This document shows, piece by piece, positions 24,581 to 37,592 of a stretch of 64,000 bases of DNA. Each line of letters starts with the position of its first letter. The first letter of the stretch is position 1. Source of the DNA: Botryllus schlosseri (Eukaryota); assembly GCA_051294905.1 (NCBI GenBank), contig CM119371.1, positions 41,046,001 through 41,110,000 of the forward strand. The letters are read 5' to 3'. Position numbers and translations under genes: made by a program. The notes under the pieces are model-generated. The model saw nothing but the letters and a program-made list of their open reading frames with translations. It was not told the DNA's origin and did no database searches.

Positions 24581-25724
24581 CAGGGGTGGGCAAGCTCTTG
24601 AGCTTGCGGGCCGCATTCAACATATGAATCCATTCGCGGGCCGCACTATATAGAATTGGGATTATAAACCAAAATGAAATATTGGTATTTCATTATAGTG
24701 AGAACATGGAGATAACATATATGTTTATTTAAAACAAACCAAACATTGCTTTGATGATATTGTACACGCATCAGAAACAGTGGCGAGATTTCATAGGCTG
24801 GTCAATTTGTCAAAACTATAGAGATGAAAGTCGGTTGTCCCGATTCTTAGAAGAGGATTGAAGTTTAAATGTGTGAGCAGCGATCTGTTCATAGATTTAC
24901 TAATTCCACTTTGGGCTCAGTTCCAGGACACACAATGCTGACAGCATCATAACCAACCATGTTAGCTTCAAACACGTTTCTACTATTTGTAGATAAAATA
25001 TAAATGATATACAGAGAGCGAATCTACATAAGACACACGCGAATCGTTTTTATAAGCACACCACTAAAATAATTGAAAATGGAGTGGCTAATCTGAAATC
25101 ACATTCGTGATCCGAATTATGTCAATCTCGTTTAGGAGTTCTGTGATCTTTAGCAGTTGAATCCTTTCAACTGATATACGTGGGCCTTGATGTGGTCGTG
25201 CCAGAAATCAAACATAAAAACAATATAGGAAGTATTTACCTTAGAACAGTGGCTCTCAAACTTTTCAAGACATGAAACCTTTATGATAGTGAAAGATTTC
25301 GCGCGCCCTTATCGTCACATCACAAAACGGTACCAGGATGCTAGGAAACCTAACGGATAGTTTGAGGGCATGGTAGGTTACGATGGTGGACAAGGGACAT
25401 TTAGAAATGAAATTGAGACTAAATACTGAGCAATAACTAGAAACTGGGTGTAAATCGCGCGGAGCGCAAAAATTTTTTCAGTTGAACTCATCTTTGCGCC
25501 CGCCTCCAGATGCTTTCACGCTCCCAAGGGGCACGCCCCCTTGTTTGAGAACCACTGCCTTGGAATTATCATAATGAAATATACTAGGAAAAAGATTAAT
25601 CAAGTCCCTGCATTTGTTCGATATTTAGTAGTCATTTTATCAATATTTTAATCAGTTTCTTTATGCTCTCACGGGCCGCACAGAACGGTGTTGCGGCCCG
25701 CGGGCCGTAGTTTGCCCACCCCTG
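24581..25724. mobile_element. hAT element with nested hAT MITE at 25247-25557
   Basis: TIR CAGGGGTGGGCAA, TSD GTCTAGTA/GTCTAGCA. Inner TSD CCTTAGAA/CCTTGGAA. Confidence 0.88.
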
Positions 25725-26861
25725 GTCTAGCATATATCAGGTAGGCTTTGCATATCGGCATATGTAGCAATGACATGTCGAGTCGCATGACACAATATAT
25801 GAAATAATGCATCACGCGTGTAATACAACGGCAAATCAAAATAATAACAAGCCAGCACATCTAGCACCAACGTAAGAAACCATTATAGCATTGGCAACTG
25901 AAGTTATTGCAAATATATTCCTAGCCCACACTGCAATGAAAATAGGTCAACTGTTTTGACAGAGTTACGCCGAATTTTCTTGCCTCTCTCTCGAATCATG
26001 GACGAATAAAATACTTTGAATCAAGAAAGTGCATTGATTAGATGGAACCGGGGTTTGATGCCTGGCTTTGCTGGTCGTCAAATTTTCATAAATGACCTGC
26101 GCGTTGTGGACGGAAATCTCGAGCAGACATGAAAATACCTTTCAATACCAGAATCGCGACCGAAGCTTTGATGCGCCGGTGCATTTCGTTTTATTCGTTA
26201 CTACGGGAAATACGTGAACCATTTTCACCAGAAGTGCAGCCATTTTCGGACATAAATTTGCTGTCATATCAATAGCGGAGATCTTGTAGCTCGCTGAACA
26301 ACATCATGGCAGTATTGGTGTATTAGTATGAAACGCAAAAATAATCAATATGCGTAATCTTCAACAGCAACAGAAAATACATTGCTAAAACCCGCGCATG
26401 TTATTTCGTAAAATATTTTTACTTTCAGTTCCAAGAATCTTCTGTGCGACTAATTTTTGATTATAAGTATTCCAATAGATGGGCAATGGGCATAACCGAC
26501 ACATGTTAGGAGAAAAGATCTGCAAATGAATTTGATGTCTCGGAGATGCGCTGATTTAGGCCACGAGCGCTGACTTATCTCACGCGCGAACATCCACGCG
26601 AACGTCGTGGCAAATTGTATTTTGCGCAAAACGTTTTTATGTATTCAATCTGAATTTTGAACAGGTTATTCCATAGTATAATAGGCTGTTATTTATGGCT
26701 CGACGTATGCGTATTGATAATAGCTATCGATCTGGAATAGTTGTAACTTGTAATCGTCTATGACCAGAACAACCCAGGAAATCTGGGATTAAGCAAAGCG
26801 TGTTCGTAAAAATACACTCGGGGCTCATTATTGAGTCTGCCGGATATAATGGCTCCAGGGC

Positions 26862-26980
26862 ATGGTATGGTATGGTATGGAAGTATGGTATGGTATGGAT
26901 TGATATTTTGGTATGGAATGTGGAAAAATGCAAGTATGGTATGGAATGGAAGATTTTAATCTAGGCTATGGTATGGAACG
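26862..26980. repeat. (GGTAT)n-rich simple repeat
   Basis: Repeated TATGG units. Confidence 0.8.
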
Positions 26981-28780
26981 ACATTTCCGTACTTCCATAC
27001 TTGGGTGTTTTATACATTTTATCGTGATCTGTGCAAGCTTCATGAAGCGTAGGTTGTTCGCTGATCACGGAATATCATCGCTTTTGCTATGTGTGAACGT
27101 GAACTATTGAACGCTGTGTAGGATCAAATACAATCTTGTGCAAGGGTTTTACGAGCACTTGGAATGACATGATTTTGTGATGCAATAATTACAACAGTAA
27201 TATTGATCCGATATTCTATTGAGTCTAGACAGGACGTCTCCGAGCATAGTCTATCATGTGACGCAATAATTGGTAATGTTGGCTACGCCAACTAACTCGT
27301 TCCTTGAGTGACAGAGCTTACAAGCAATCATGATGCAACATACTTAATGCTCATTGTGATTGATAATTACATTTGTTCTGAAACATTATCTGCACATTTA
27401 TACCATTTACATTCCGAGATATCTTATTGGTCATATTTCAAACGCTCTATCATTGGGATTATAGATCAGGGAGCGGGGTAGATGAATTGGCGAGAATTGC
27501 CGCGTGCGAGTGTCTATTACTGACTCAGCAGGAGATCGCGTGATTGTGCACACGGTTCTCGTTAATTAGCAACGCGCTTCCCTTAATTGGAAGCGAGTCA
27601 CACTCTATAATACGAATTATTACCCGAGATGGCTGAAAGTGATGCGCGATTGGAAGCAAACATGAAGAAAGGTGTGATTTCAAGTTTATTATCGAGGGAG
27701 ATTTTTTTCAAGCGTGTTGTTCCCATGTATAATACGCACCCCCCGATTTTAGGGCTAAAATCTTGTAAATTTTGCGCATTATACATGGAAAATTACGGTA
27801 GTTAGATTTTTATAGGTAAAACTGGTCTACAAATTTCGAAAAAAAATTTGCGCCAAAATGATTGACGAAGGCTAATTAAAGGTTGCTGGATCCGATTATG
27901 TGCTCATAATTTCTCTATAACGTCGGACTTTTTCCGTATGAATTTGTCTCATTTTCATAAATTACAGTGATCAAATTCTGGCTTCCGTTAGTGACATCAC
28001 GGTAAGCATACAACAACAACAGATCAAATATTGTTATTGAAATCATCCATCATGAAACCTGAGTGGTTGTAGTACAGAATGAGGGAGTTTTCGGTGAACT
28101 TGAACCAAGTGATTATCCATCTTAGTTCAATCAAAAGCTCTTTTTGACTGGTATACAAATTTCCCAAAAAATTTTACCCAAAAAATTTTAATGATTGATT
28201 CAGGCTAATTGTAGGTTGCGGAATTCCGATTCTGTCCTCGGGATTTCTCTATCACGTCAGATTATTTCGGTATGTATTTTTCTCATATTCATAAATAAAT
28301 CAAATTTGGGCTTTCATTAGTGACATTACGGTCAGCGTACAACAGTATCAGATCAAACATTGTTATTGAAAACATCTACAATGATGAAACTTGGATTGTT
28401 GCAGAACAGAATAACTGAGTTTTTGGTTAACTTGAATTGAAAAAGGTTGGGAACCATTGGCTAAGTTATAGTTGCAAGTTTTGAAAAATGAGTAGTCCGA
28501 GTTCTAGTTGCGAGTTTTGAAAATTTAATAGTCCTAATTCGAGTTCTTTTTGCGAATATGGAAGATGAATAGTTTTACTTCTAGTTCTATTTGCAAGCAG
28601 TGTTTGGATGATTCGACCTTTCTGAAATACGGACTGACTCGTGACTCGAAGAAAAATTTACGAGTCAATTTCAAGTAATCGTTTGTTTGGTATTTGTTCC
28701 TCAATTCTGGATAAATAGGGACTCAATGTGTATTTAAAACTGCTAACAAAATGCAAGAACTTTGAATCTTGAGTCTTGAG

Positions 28781-31700
28781 TAGGGTTACCATATTTCAGC
28801 AACCCTAATTCCGGACACTCTTTAGCGCCCACTAGTGTATTTAAAAATGACGTTACACTAGCAAATCTTTGCTCATAGACCAGAGGTGGTCACGTTCCGG
28901 TTCAGGAGTACGTGGCTGTGTGGTTGTGTAACCGGGACCGAAAGCACATGTTTTCAGCCCCCTCCTGCCCAAAGAAATGATTTTGAGCCCACACTATAGG
29001 GTAATCTATGCAACTTCTGGGGGAGGGGGGTGCTTGCTATATGAATCTGGTTTCTATATGTATCTGGTCGGTAAATTATTTGAATGGATTCTGTCAATAA
29101 TATTGGTCGTTCCATATATTACTATATACATAGGCGCCGACTTACGCGGTTACGAGGTGGCTGCGCCACCTCGTGACCATATTCACTAGGTGGCGGCCAC
29201 CTCGTCCAAATTCTCAAACGCCTAAGTGATTTGTGACCAGTAATTAGTAATCAGGCGAATGGATGCGACCTGGTTAGAGACGTCTTCAATCTCGATACTC
29301 GTGTGTGCCAGGCTCATAGCCACGGGGGTTTCGGGGGGTCGAAATTCCCTATTTGAAACGCGAAACCCCGTCATTTTGAAATGATAATTAGAACTCGAAT
29401 ACTCAGTTGCAATTCAATAATTGAGTTATCGGTGTTTCGCGCGGTTGATTTGCGAGAAACGTGTTTTCAATTAGGGAGAAAAGTCTGTGATTATCTCCCG
29501 CTGAGATGGTCGCTAAATTAGGCCATTCCTTCTCGTGCGCGTGGCAATCGTCGCTAGCCTGATTTATCGCGTAACGAGCTAGCCTGCCTCCGCAGGCTTG
29601 AACAATCGCATCTGCAATAGGCCCAGTTCACAATATATCATCGCTTTCCTGCGCAATCGCATCTGCATTGGCGGCTTCGCCCTATGGTGTGCACAATATC
29701 ATCGCTGGCCTACACGATAGCATCTTCATAGGCCTGCCCCGAAAGCTATCATTGCTGGCCTAACTATTGCGTATCGGGCATAACATGCCTTGACTTTTAT
29801 CTCTCACTGGTTTTGAGACAATGCGGTCGAGTTTACGCTAATTAGTGATTGTTTTATGTCATATTCGTTACGTAGCGATCAGAAGATGTGTATGGCTCGA
29901 GTTCTGAACGACGACTAAGGTTTGAAAGCGGTGCCATCAAGTTCAGAATTCCGAAAACTGTCGCCGAGACTGCGTAATACGCGCGCGTATTTAATTGTTC
30001 ACCAGATATCAGGGACTCGCTATTTGACAGCACTCCCGGACTCTTTGGCAAACTTATCATACGCCTATAATCGTCAATACGAAGAGATTATATGATCGCC
30101 ATTTACACATGTACCTGACTCGAATTGAATTGATGTCATATTGGTAAATTTGAAAATAAATTCAAGTCCCCCTAATTTTTCGACTGGCTACGCGCCTAGC
30201 GTGAACTGAGAAGCACCACCCTAGATCTCCTATCCCGACCAGGCACCCAAGCAGACGTTCTGCTTTTCTGAAATCTAAATTATGTGCGCCCATATTCATT
30301 TACAAAACCATTCATGAGCTAGCTAGCTTCGTAATAGTCTTGGTAATCGGAGTGCGAAATTGGAAGGTGTGTGCCTGCAAATTGGAATTCATGATTCTGA
30401 TTAGAATGCACGCTTTCTCATTTGTCATCATCCGTTCATCCATATTACTTGTTATCGACTGGATACATTTGTAGTTCCGAAATTGTCGCATAAAGTCATT
30501 TTTCAGTGTTCCTTTCATTATTAGCGTGAAGTAGGCCATGCCATGCCATTGTCAAATATTGATGCATCACAAAATTCTGGGTGGCACAAATTCTTATTTT
30601 ATTCGATTCGTTTGAACGACGATCAACTTGATTGCTGGATGTACCGGTACTGTTATCGAGAACAACAATATCGAATATTAAACTATTAGGCATTAGGCAG
30701 CTAGCGGATTTCTATTGATAAGATCGCGGCATGCGCCAGGAAGTGGAATTAATTCTAGCCCAGGGGTGACCAACCTGCGGCCGTAGAAGTAAATTTGTGC
30801 GGCTATGAACACGTAATTTAATTAATATGTGTTGGCGGCCTTCGACATACAAATTGAATTTGCGAATTGACCAATGTACTCCCGAAATGCTTCCCAAGCG
30901 TATATCGGGAAATGCACCAATGCCGCCCAAATCGCTGTTTTAATCAGCAAACAATTGCCGCGATGCGAGTTGGTCGACGCGAAGCAAGAAACCGCAATAG
31001 ACAATTACTGATTGGCTGCGCGATTTCGCGTTTGTAATCATCATTATTGTCTGCTTGAAATATTCGAGAGTTGTCGTGTGTTACTTGCGAGGCGAGTGCG
31101 TATTGTATTTGGTCGCTGAACACGGCGAATTGCGCGTGGATAACATTGATGCAACTGCAGATTATCAGTGACGTGAATTCGACTTTTGTTCGATGCATTC
31201 CGTCGGTAGCGCAGGCCGCAGTTACACGTTCGAATGATCGTACCGTTTCAAGATTCCGTTTCATAATCGACTGCATGGTTTGATATTAATGAGTGCATGG
31301 CCGATATTACGGGCGGAGATAATAAAGTTAACTGATCCGGGAGAATGCTAATCGTGTGATCAAATACTGCTAATGCAGACGCATGAAGTTCGAGAAGGTT
31401 ACGCGCGGTGTTAGTCCCGGTGACCTGAGTTTTCAATTTGTTGCATCATAATGCGAATATGTGTTATACATATAGGTTACTAGTTGTTAAATGAAACTAG
31501 AGATCCCACAATCTCCATAATGAAACAGCAGCCTGTTAATGCCGACACCGCCACTATAATAGGTAGAATTATCATCATCGCGAAATGAAAGTCGTGTCAA
31601 ATTCGTAGGGTACAGCTAATAAAATGCGATTAACACTAACTTTATGCGCCGCGATCAACCAGCTTACTTAATCCTGGATTGATAAATCCTGACGAACGCG

Positions 31701-32632
31701 CTAATCGACTACACTGCTAATCCTACTTTATTATCTTCACCCTAACGTCACGCGAATGGTTCAATTACGCGGCATGTAGCAAAGCGCGTTTTCGTGCAAC
31801 GATGACGTCATCGATATGTAACAATTATGACGTCACAAGACTTCGCCACCTCGTAAAAAATAAATGTCGGCGCCTATGACTGTATCTCTCCACCCACTCT
31901 ATGACTCTCCACCCACATGACAAGAGTTAACGGTAGAGCTGGTGGAGGATGATGAGTTCAAAAATACCGTGATTGTACATCGTTAAGTCATGTTCATGTC
32001 CTACTGATAACATTGTTTATCAGCATTATGCCGGTGCGCACCACGGAGCTTTATAAGCACCCCACATCCTGTGGTTTCAACCTTTTATGGTCGTGACTCC
32101 ATCTCCAATTTGATAATGTTCCTTGTCCCAGATCAAAATTTGACGAGCTGATTACTGAAAGAAGTCAGCACCTTTGCCCAGACTTAACGGCTATTTGGAA
32201 GCTGATTACGTTCAACATATTTGCAAATCCCAGAATAAAGGCAAGCGACCCCCCGTTTGGAACCACTATCATTTAATAAAGCATTTAAACGGCCTCAACG
32301 ATCTCTAGAAATATACGGTTGTCCTATAATTGCAATTGCAATTAGGCTTATTCCAGTAAATGAAGGTTGTTTATTTATATTTTATTGCAGTTTCTGCTAG
32401 GGTGGTAGTCTCCATATTAAAATCGATAAATTTGATAGGAAATCGTACGCTGCGCGAAGAAAAATATCATGCATTATCATGAATATTCCCTAAAAATATT
32501 GTTTTTATGCTGAATTACGAAAAAATTATGAGCCTACGTCAAGCCTTCAAAATTCCAGACATTTGGCATATTTTAGAAATTCTCCCCGGACGCTAGTTTG
32601 AACAGTGAAATTCCGGACGTATGGCAACCCTA
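28781..32632. mobile_element. hAT element hosting nested elements (29129-31878, 29309-30198)
   Basis: TIR TAGGGTT(A/G)CCATA, perfect TSD GTCTTGAG. Inner TIR CATAGGCGCCGAC, TSD ACTATATA/ACTGTATC. Confidence 0.85.
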
Positions 32633-33773
32633 GTCTTGAGTCACCTACAAGAATCAAGTGACTTGACTTGACTCGAGTCACCTCGATTTGATGTCTTTTG
32701 TTTGCGATGTCACTGTTGGACCATCATGACATAACGTAACAGGTAACGGGAACGTCCTTGTCTCTAAACGATTTTAGATAGGAGCCAAAGCCTACGAGGC
32801 CCGAGATGCGATAGCTCAGGCCAGTAACGATATCACTCGCACCCATCGCCATTGCAGATGCAATCGGTCAGGCCAACGATTATATCGTCCGAACCAGACT
32901 TATTTGATGGGAATATTCAGGCCATCTGGACCAGGCCTGTTGCAGATGCAAATGTTGAGGCCAGCAATGATATCATGAGCACCACCTGTCCTGCTGTAAA
33001 TGCGATAGTTCTGGTCTGTTGTCGACGCGATGAATCAGGCCAGCAAAGATTGCCGAGGATTTAGCAATGAATGACCTAATTTCGCTTGCGTACAAATGGC
33101 AAACCAACTCCGTAGGAGATCGCGTGCTGTGCATACGAATCTCTTTAATTAGCAACGCGATTTCCGCTGATTGACATTACTCAAGACTAATGATACAAAT
33201 TAATGGGCAGGATGGCTAATTGTGATGCGCAATTGACGACAAACAAGATGAAAGGTGTGATTTCAAGGGAGATATTTTCAAGAATTGTACTCATGCATAG
33301 TGCACCCCTCCCCGGGGTGAAATTTTGTGCGGTAATTCTATTTCTAGTTTCGAATTTTGAAAAATGAGTACATTGGTTCTAGTTGTGAATTTCGGTAAAT
33401 GTCCAATTTATACAAGTCTGGGTGTAGAACTGACGTTATCTTATTTGTTGTTTCATGAAAGGTGTAATTTGAAATTTACGCCTCATCCTTAAAATCATGA
33501 CACCATACTTGGTGATATTCGACTCAAATCATAGGCCTAATACTAGATTCTGAATAGAATCACTCGGATACTCGATTTTGTCCATTCCTACCCATAAGTG
33601 TGGAACAGCATATTTTAGCCACCAGACCACACCAATTATGGAGTTCTGTGTGATACATGTGCAGTAGACTGACTTTTGTTTTGAGTAGACACCTGCTCTA
33701 ATATGTGATTGTTTCTTGTTCAGACCCATATAGAAGTATAAGTTCTGTGGTTTTGGTAAATATTTGTCTGCAA

Positions 33774-35225
33774 ATGAATCCGAACTTTGGCGTCGGGTCT
33801 AACAGTCGGTCCACGGAATATGAATGTGAGGTTTGCTGCATACTGTTTCCCTCGAAGTCGGCATTGAAAAGTCATTTGGATATTCACACAGGTACGAAAA
33901 ACTATGAATGCATTGTTAGCGGCAAAAATTTTTGTCTGAAGGCAGACTGCAAGACCCATGAAAACATGCATACCAAAGACTACACAGACATTTGCGAGAT
34001 TTGCGGCAAAGTGTTTCACACAAAGAATAATTGGAGAATTCATATGCTGATTCACACTGGTACCAAAAACTTTGAATGTGATATTTGTGGCAAAAAATTT
34101 CTTTACAGCGGACATCGTTTGGCCCACATCAAAATGCACACAGAAGAGTACACCTGCAGTTGCGAGATCTGCGGCAAAGTGTTTTACGCGAAGCAGAACT
34201 GGAGAAGTCATATGCGTATTCACACTGGTTCCAAAAATTATCAATGCGATATTTGTGGTAAAGTGTTTAACACGAAGAGTACCTTGAGGGTTCATATGGA
34301 TATTCACACCGGTACCAAAAAGTATCAATGCGATATTTGTGGCCAAAAATTTCTTTCCAATGCACACCGTTTGATCCATATCAAAACACACATGAAAGCG
34401 TACACAGAAAATTGTGAGATTTGCGGCAAAATGTTTTACACAAAGCTGAACTTGAGAAAGCATATGGAAATTCACACCGGTATAAAAAACTATCAATGTG
34501 ATATTTGCGGCAAAAAATTTCGATACAACGGCAACTGCAACGCCCATGTCAAACTCCATGCAAGTGTGTACGTAAGCAGCTGCGAAATTTGCGGCAAGGA
34601 ATTTTATTCCAAGAAAGGTGTCAAGGTTCATATGAAGGTGCACCTTCCAAAGAAAAACCTCCCATGTGAGGTCTGTGGAAAGCTGTTTCCCTCGTTATCG
34701 CTTCTAAAAACACACATGGCAGCACATGAAGTTAGGATCAATGGCTCTGAAGATGTCCAGATTCAAACTTTGGACGAACAATTTAGAAACGACGAAGACT
34801 TCAAAAAGTATGAGTGCAAAGTGTGTGGAAAGTCATTTCCCCGAAGGATCAGTCTCATTAGACATCTCAAACATCATGCCAGGACCCGAGACCATCCCTG
34901 TGAGGTCTGCGGGAAAGCGTATTTGACAAACGTTCATTTACAGAGACATATGATTACTCACTTGGACGCTGTAAAAAATTTTGTATGTTCAATATGCGGA
35001 AAAGGTTACGTTACTTTCGATTATATGAGACATCACATGAAGACGCACATCGCGAAGAACTATCCATGTGAGATTTGTGGTACGATATTACACAGCATGC
35101 AAGGATTCACGCAGCATATGGAAAGCCATGCCGGGTCATGCGTACATCAATGCGATATATGTGGAAAGTCATATGCCAACAAGTCTAACTTGAGTTATCA
35201 TGAGAAAAATTCACATCGTTTCTGA
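33774..35225 (+). CDS. C2H2 zinc-finger protein, 16 fingers (11 + spacer + 5; finger 2 has Cys>Ser) ('ZF-A')
   Basis: Repeated CxxC-x12-HxxxH. First ATG at 33774. Acceptor TTTCTTGTTCAG at 33723 and the frame is open through it, so an upstream coding exon cannot be excluded. Confidence 0.9.
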   Translation: MNPNFGVGSNSRSTEYECEVCCILFPSKSALKSHLDIHTGTKNYECIVSGKNFCLKADCKTHENMHTKDYTDICEICGKVFHTKNNWRIHMLIHTGTKNFECDICGKKFLYSGHRLAHIKMHTEEYTCSCEICGKVFYAKQNWRSHMRIHTGSKNYQCDICGKVFNTKSTLRVHMDIHTGTKKYQCDICGQKFLSNAHRLIHIKTHMKAYTENCEICGKMFYTKLNLRKHMEIHTGIKNYQCDICGKKFRYNGNCNAHVKLHASVYVSSCEICGKEFYSKKGVKVHMKVHLPKKNLPCEVCGKLFPSLSLLKTHMAAHEVRINGSEDVQIQTLDEQFRNDEDFKKYECKVCGKSFPRRISLIRHLKHHARTRDHPCEVCGKAYLTNVHLQRHMITHLDAVKNFVCSICGKGYVTFDYMRHHMKTHIAKNYPCEICGTILHSMQGFTQHMESHAGSCVHQCDICGKSYANKSNLSYHEKNSHRF

Positions 35226-36753
35226 CAATGCTTTGGCTGAAGTGTGATTGTTTGAAATCATTTGCTGTCACAGTAAAGTGATATTGTGAATTCGGTTCCC
35301 ATATATTTGCGTCGTATGCTATGGCGTTGAAAGATAAGAAAAAGGACTGATTTTGGTCGCATTAGTAGTGTGTCCTTGTATTCGGTAATGTCTACAAAAT
35401 TCGCTATCTCTCGAACATCAGAGATTATTAAATTGTTTACTTGTAATTACTATATCGCTGAAAAATTATTTGTAACAGAATGCGTACGCAACTGTCCATT
35501 GTCTCCCTGTAAAATCAACACACCCCGAACTTCATGCCATCGATGTGCAGGCGAATGAAGTGAAGTCAATTTTTGTCACTCTGCGTCTCATGCTACTCAT
35601 AATGGCACCCGATTGAAATTAGTGATCTTCCTATTTATGATGTCGATACTTATTTTTAAGATCTTACTCATGAAACCAGAACTTTGTGAAGGAATGGTTC
35701 CTTATTTCAACAGACCATCCTTTCATGAATATGTGTTTTCTTGAACTCGAAATATATGACTTTCATTTCTCCCTTTTTATTTTTATTCAACCATTCTTTC
35801 TTGAGTGTCCTGCTGCATCTTACCGGTAGGTGAATGATGTTATTGGACTGTTTCCGTTATTTCTGTAAAGGGGTCCTTTTTCTGTATATGTCTCCCCATG
35901 GATGATGATTATTCATATTCCGATTATTGCTCAAATTTCATGTATTTCATTGATGCTAGTTTCTGGCAGGTAATTGAATGCTTCAAGTTTGTACGGAATA
36001 GCAATACTATGACTAGCATCTCGCATTACTATCATCAATAAAACTTTAGATCCTCTGATCATAATTACTTGCATGCAGAGGTGGTTAATGCAGTCATTAC
36101 TGTACTTGAATAGAAGTAGGTGTTACACAGTAAATGTCCACTCAATTACACATTGAAGTAGTGATATTTAAAATGTAATTCAAGTAGATATAGACAATGT
36201 GGGTATAAATGTACTAAAGTAATTTCAAAACAATAGATTTGGTTAAGACGTGGCATACGATAAGTCGGGAGTGTCAAACTCGAATTGCGCCACAAGCCGG
36301 ATTCATGTCTTCCAATCACTCGCGGGCCAGACAAGCCGACAGATTTCAAAATGTTACCTCGCGCTTTTGCTATTCACTCATATACTTTAACGAGCATATA
36401 TACATAATTCACTGATCATAGGGGTTCTATTCTAGCATGTCGCAACACCTGTAACCGTGGACAATGGAATTAGCGAAATGAAATGATTATCAGCTGACCT
36501 ATTGGGTAGAAAGTGACCTGGCTGTGGGGCCATAGATATTTCAATTATATTTTTGTGTAACTTATACTTATCCATCTAAACCAGGGGTTCTCAACCTGGG
36601 GGGCGCTGGAGGCTCTCAGGGTAGGCGCGAGAAATTTTTGTTAATTTTGTCAATGTCTGTATAAATTGTGACCAAACATGTGTTTCTCAGCCATTCTGGG
36701 TTGCTTTCACACCTTATTTAACGTCCACTTGCAAAGTAATAATTATATTTATT

Positions 36754-36790
36754 ACACAAGCTTTCGGAGCGCAGCTCCTTCATCAGGTGT
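36754..36790 (-). ncRNA. Minimal hammerhead ribozyme motif, family 2 (Penelope-like pLTR)
   Basis: Reverse complement ACAC-CTGATGA-A-GGAGC(tgc)GCTCC-GAA-AGCT-T-GTGT followed by AATAAA. Confidence 0.8.
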
Positions 36791-37592
36791 TCTGAAGAGA
36801 CGATTATTGAAGATTAAACTTAATTCGTTTTCTAGAAAGCTTGCCAAACTCAAACTCGAGCAGTCGCGCTCAGCTGAGTATAGGCTGACTTCAACTTCAT
36901 ATGAGCAAATTTTTGATATATGAAGATTTGGAGAAATTCCAACATGCCAGTCATTCATTACTTTATAGCTTTGGCAGTAGCCTGTGCGCTACGTAGCTGT
37001 TATTGATAGCTGGCGAACTGCACAGCCTAAGACAGACTTAGATGCAATATAGGTTGCCCGGTTTCGCCCTCTATTTGGCTATAAATCAACACAATTTAAT
37101 TCATTTCCAAAACTGATCAAATTTAGCATGGCACTACAGAACGACGCCATGCTCTCTGTAGTCACGACCAGCATCAGGATTAGTGTCAGTGCAACCTACC
37201 TTGAAATTAATTGGTGTCCTTTTCAATGTTTTTTTGTTATTTTCAAACAAGTTTGGGGAAGTTTATCAGCAATGTAAAAGACTAAACAACTGGAATGCGG
37301 ATTCAAAATTGGCGTAAGATATACCTTATGTATACTATCAGATCAGGGGTGGGCAGCCTGTACGGGCACATGCGGCCGTAGAAGGGAATTTGTGCGGTCG
37401 TCGACGCCTAATTCAATTAGTGTGTGTTGGTAGCCGTAGACATGCAAATTGCAATTACGAATTCACTGCCGAATTTTCGAGAGATTTTATTCAATCTTGA
37501 AATTTTCTTCGCGCTCGGCGCAATTCAACAAGACTTCATTTTTCGATTTTAATGCAGTAGCGCCCTTCTTAATTGGAGCAGGAATGGGAATA

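Noticed and set aside
33720..34643. 307-aa antisense ORF (also 53868-54296, 54615-54878, 43224-43490, 46618-46893)
   Set aside because: Shadow ORFs typical of the antisense strand of C2H2 arrays.
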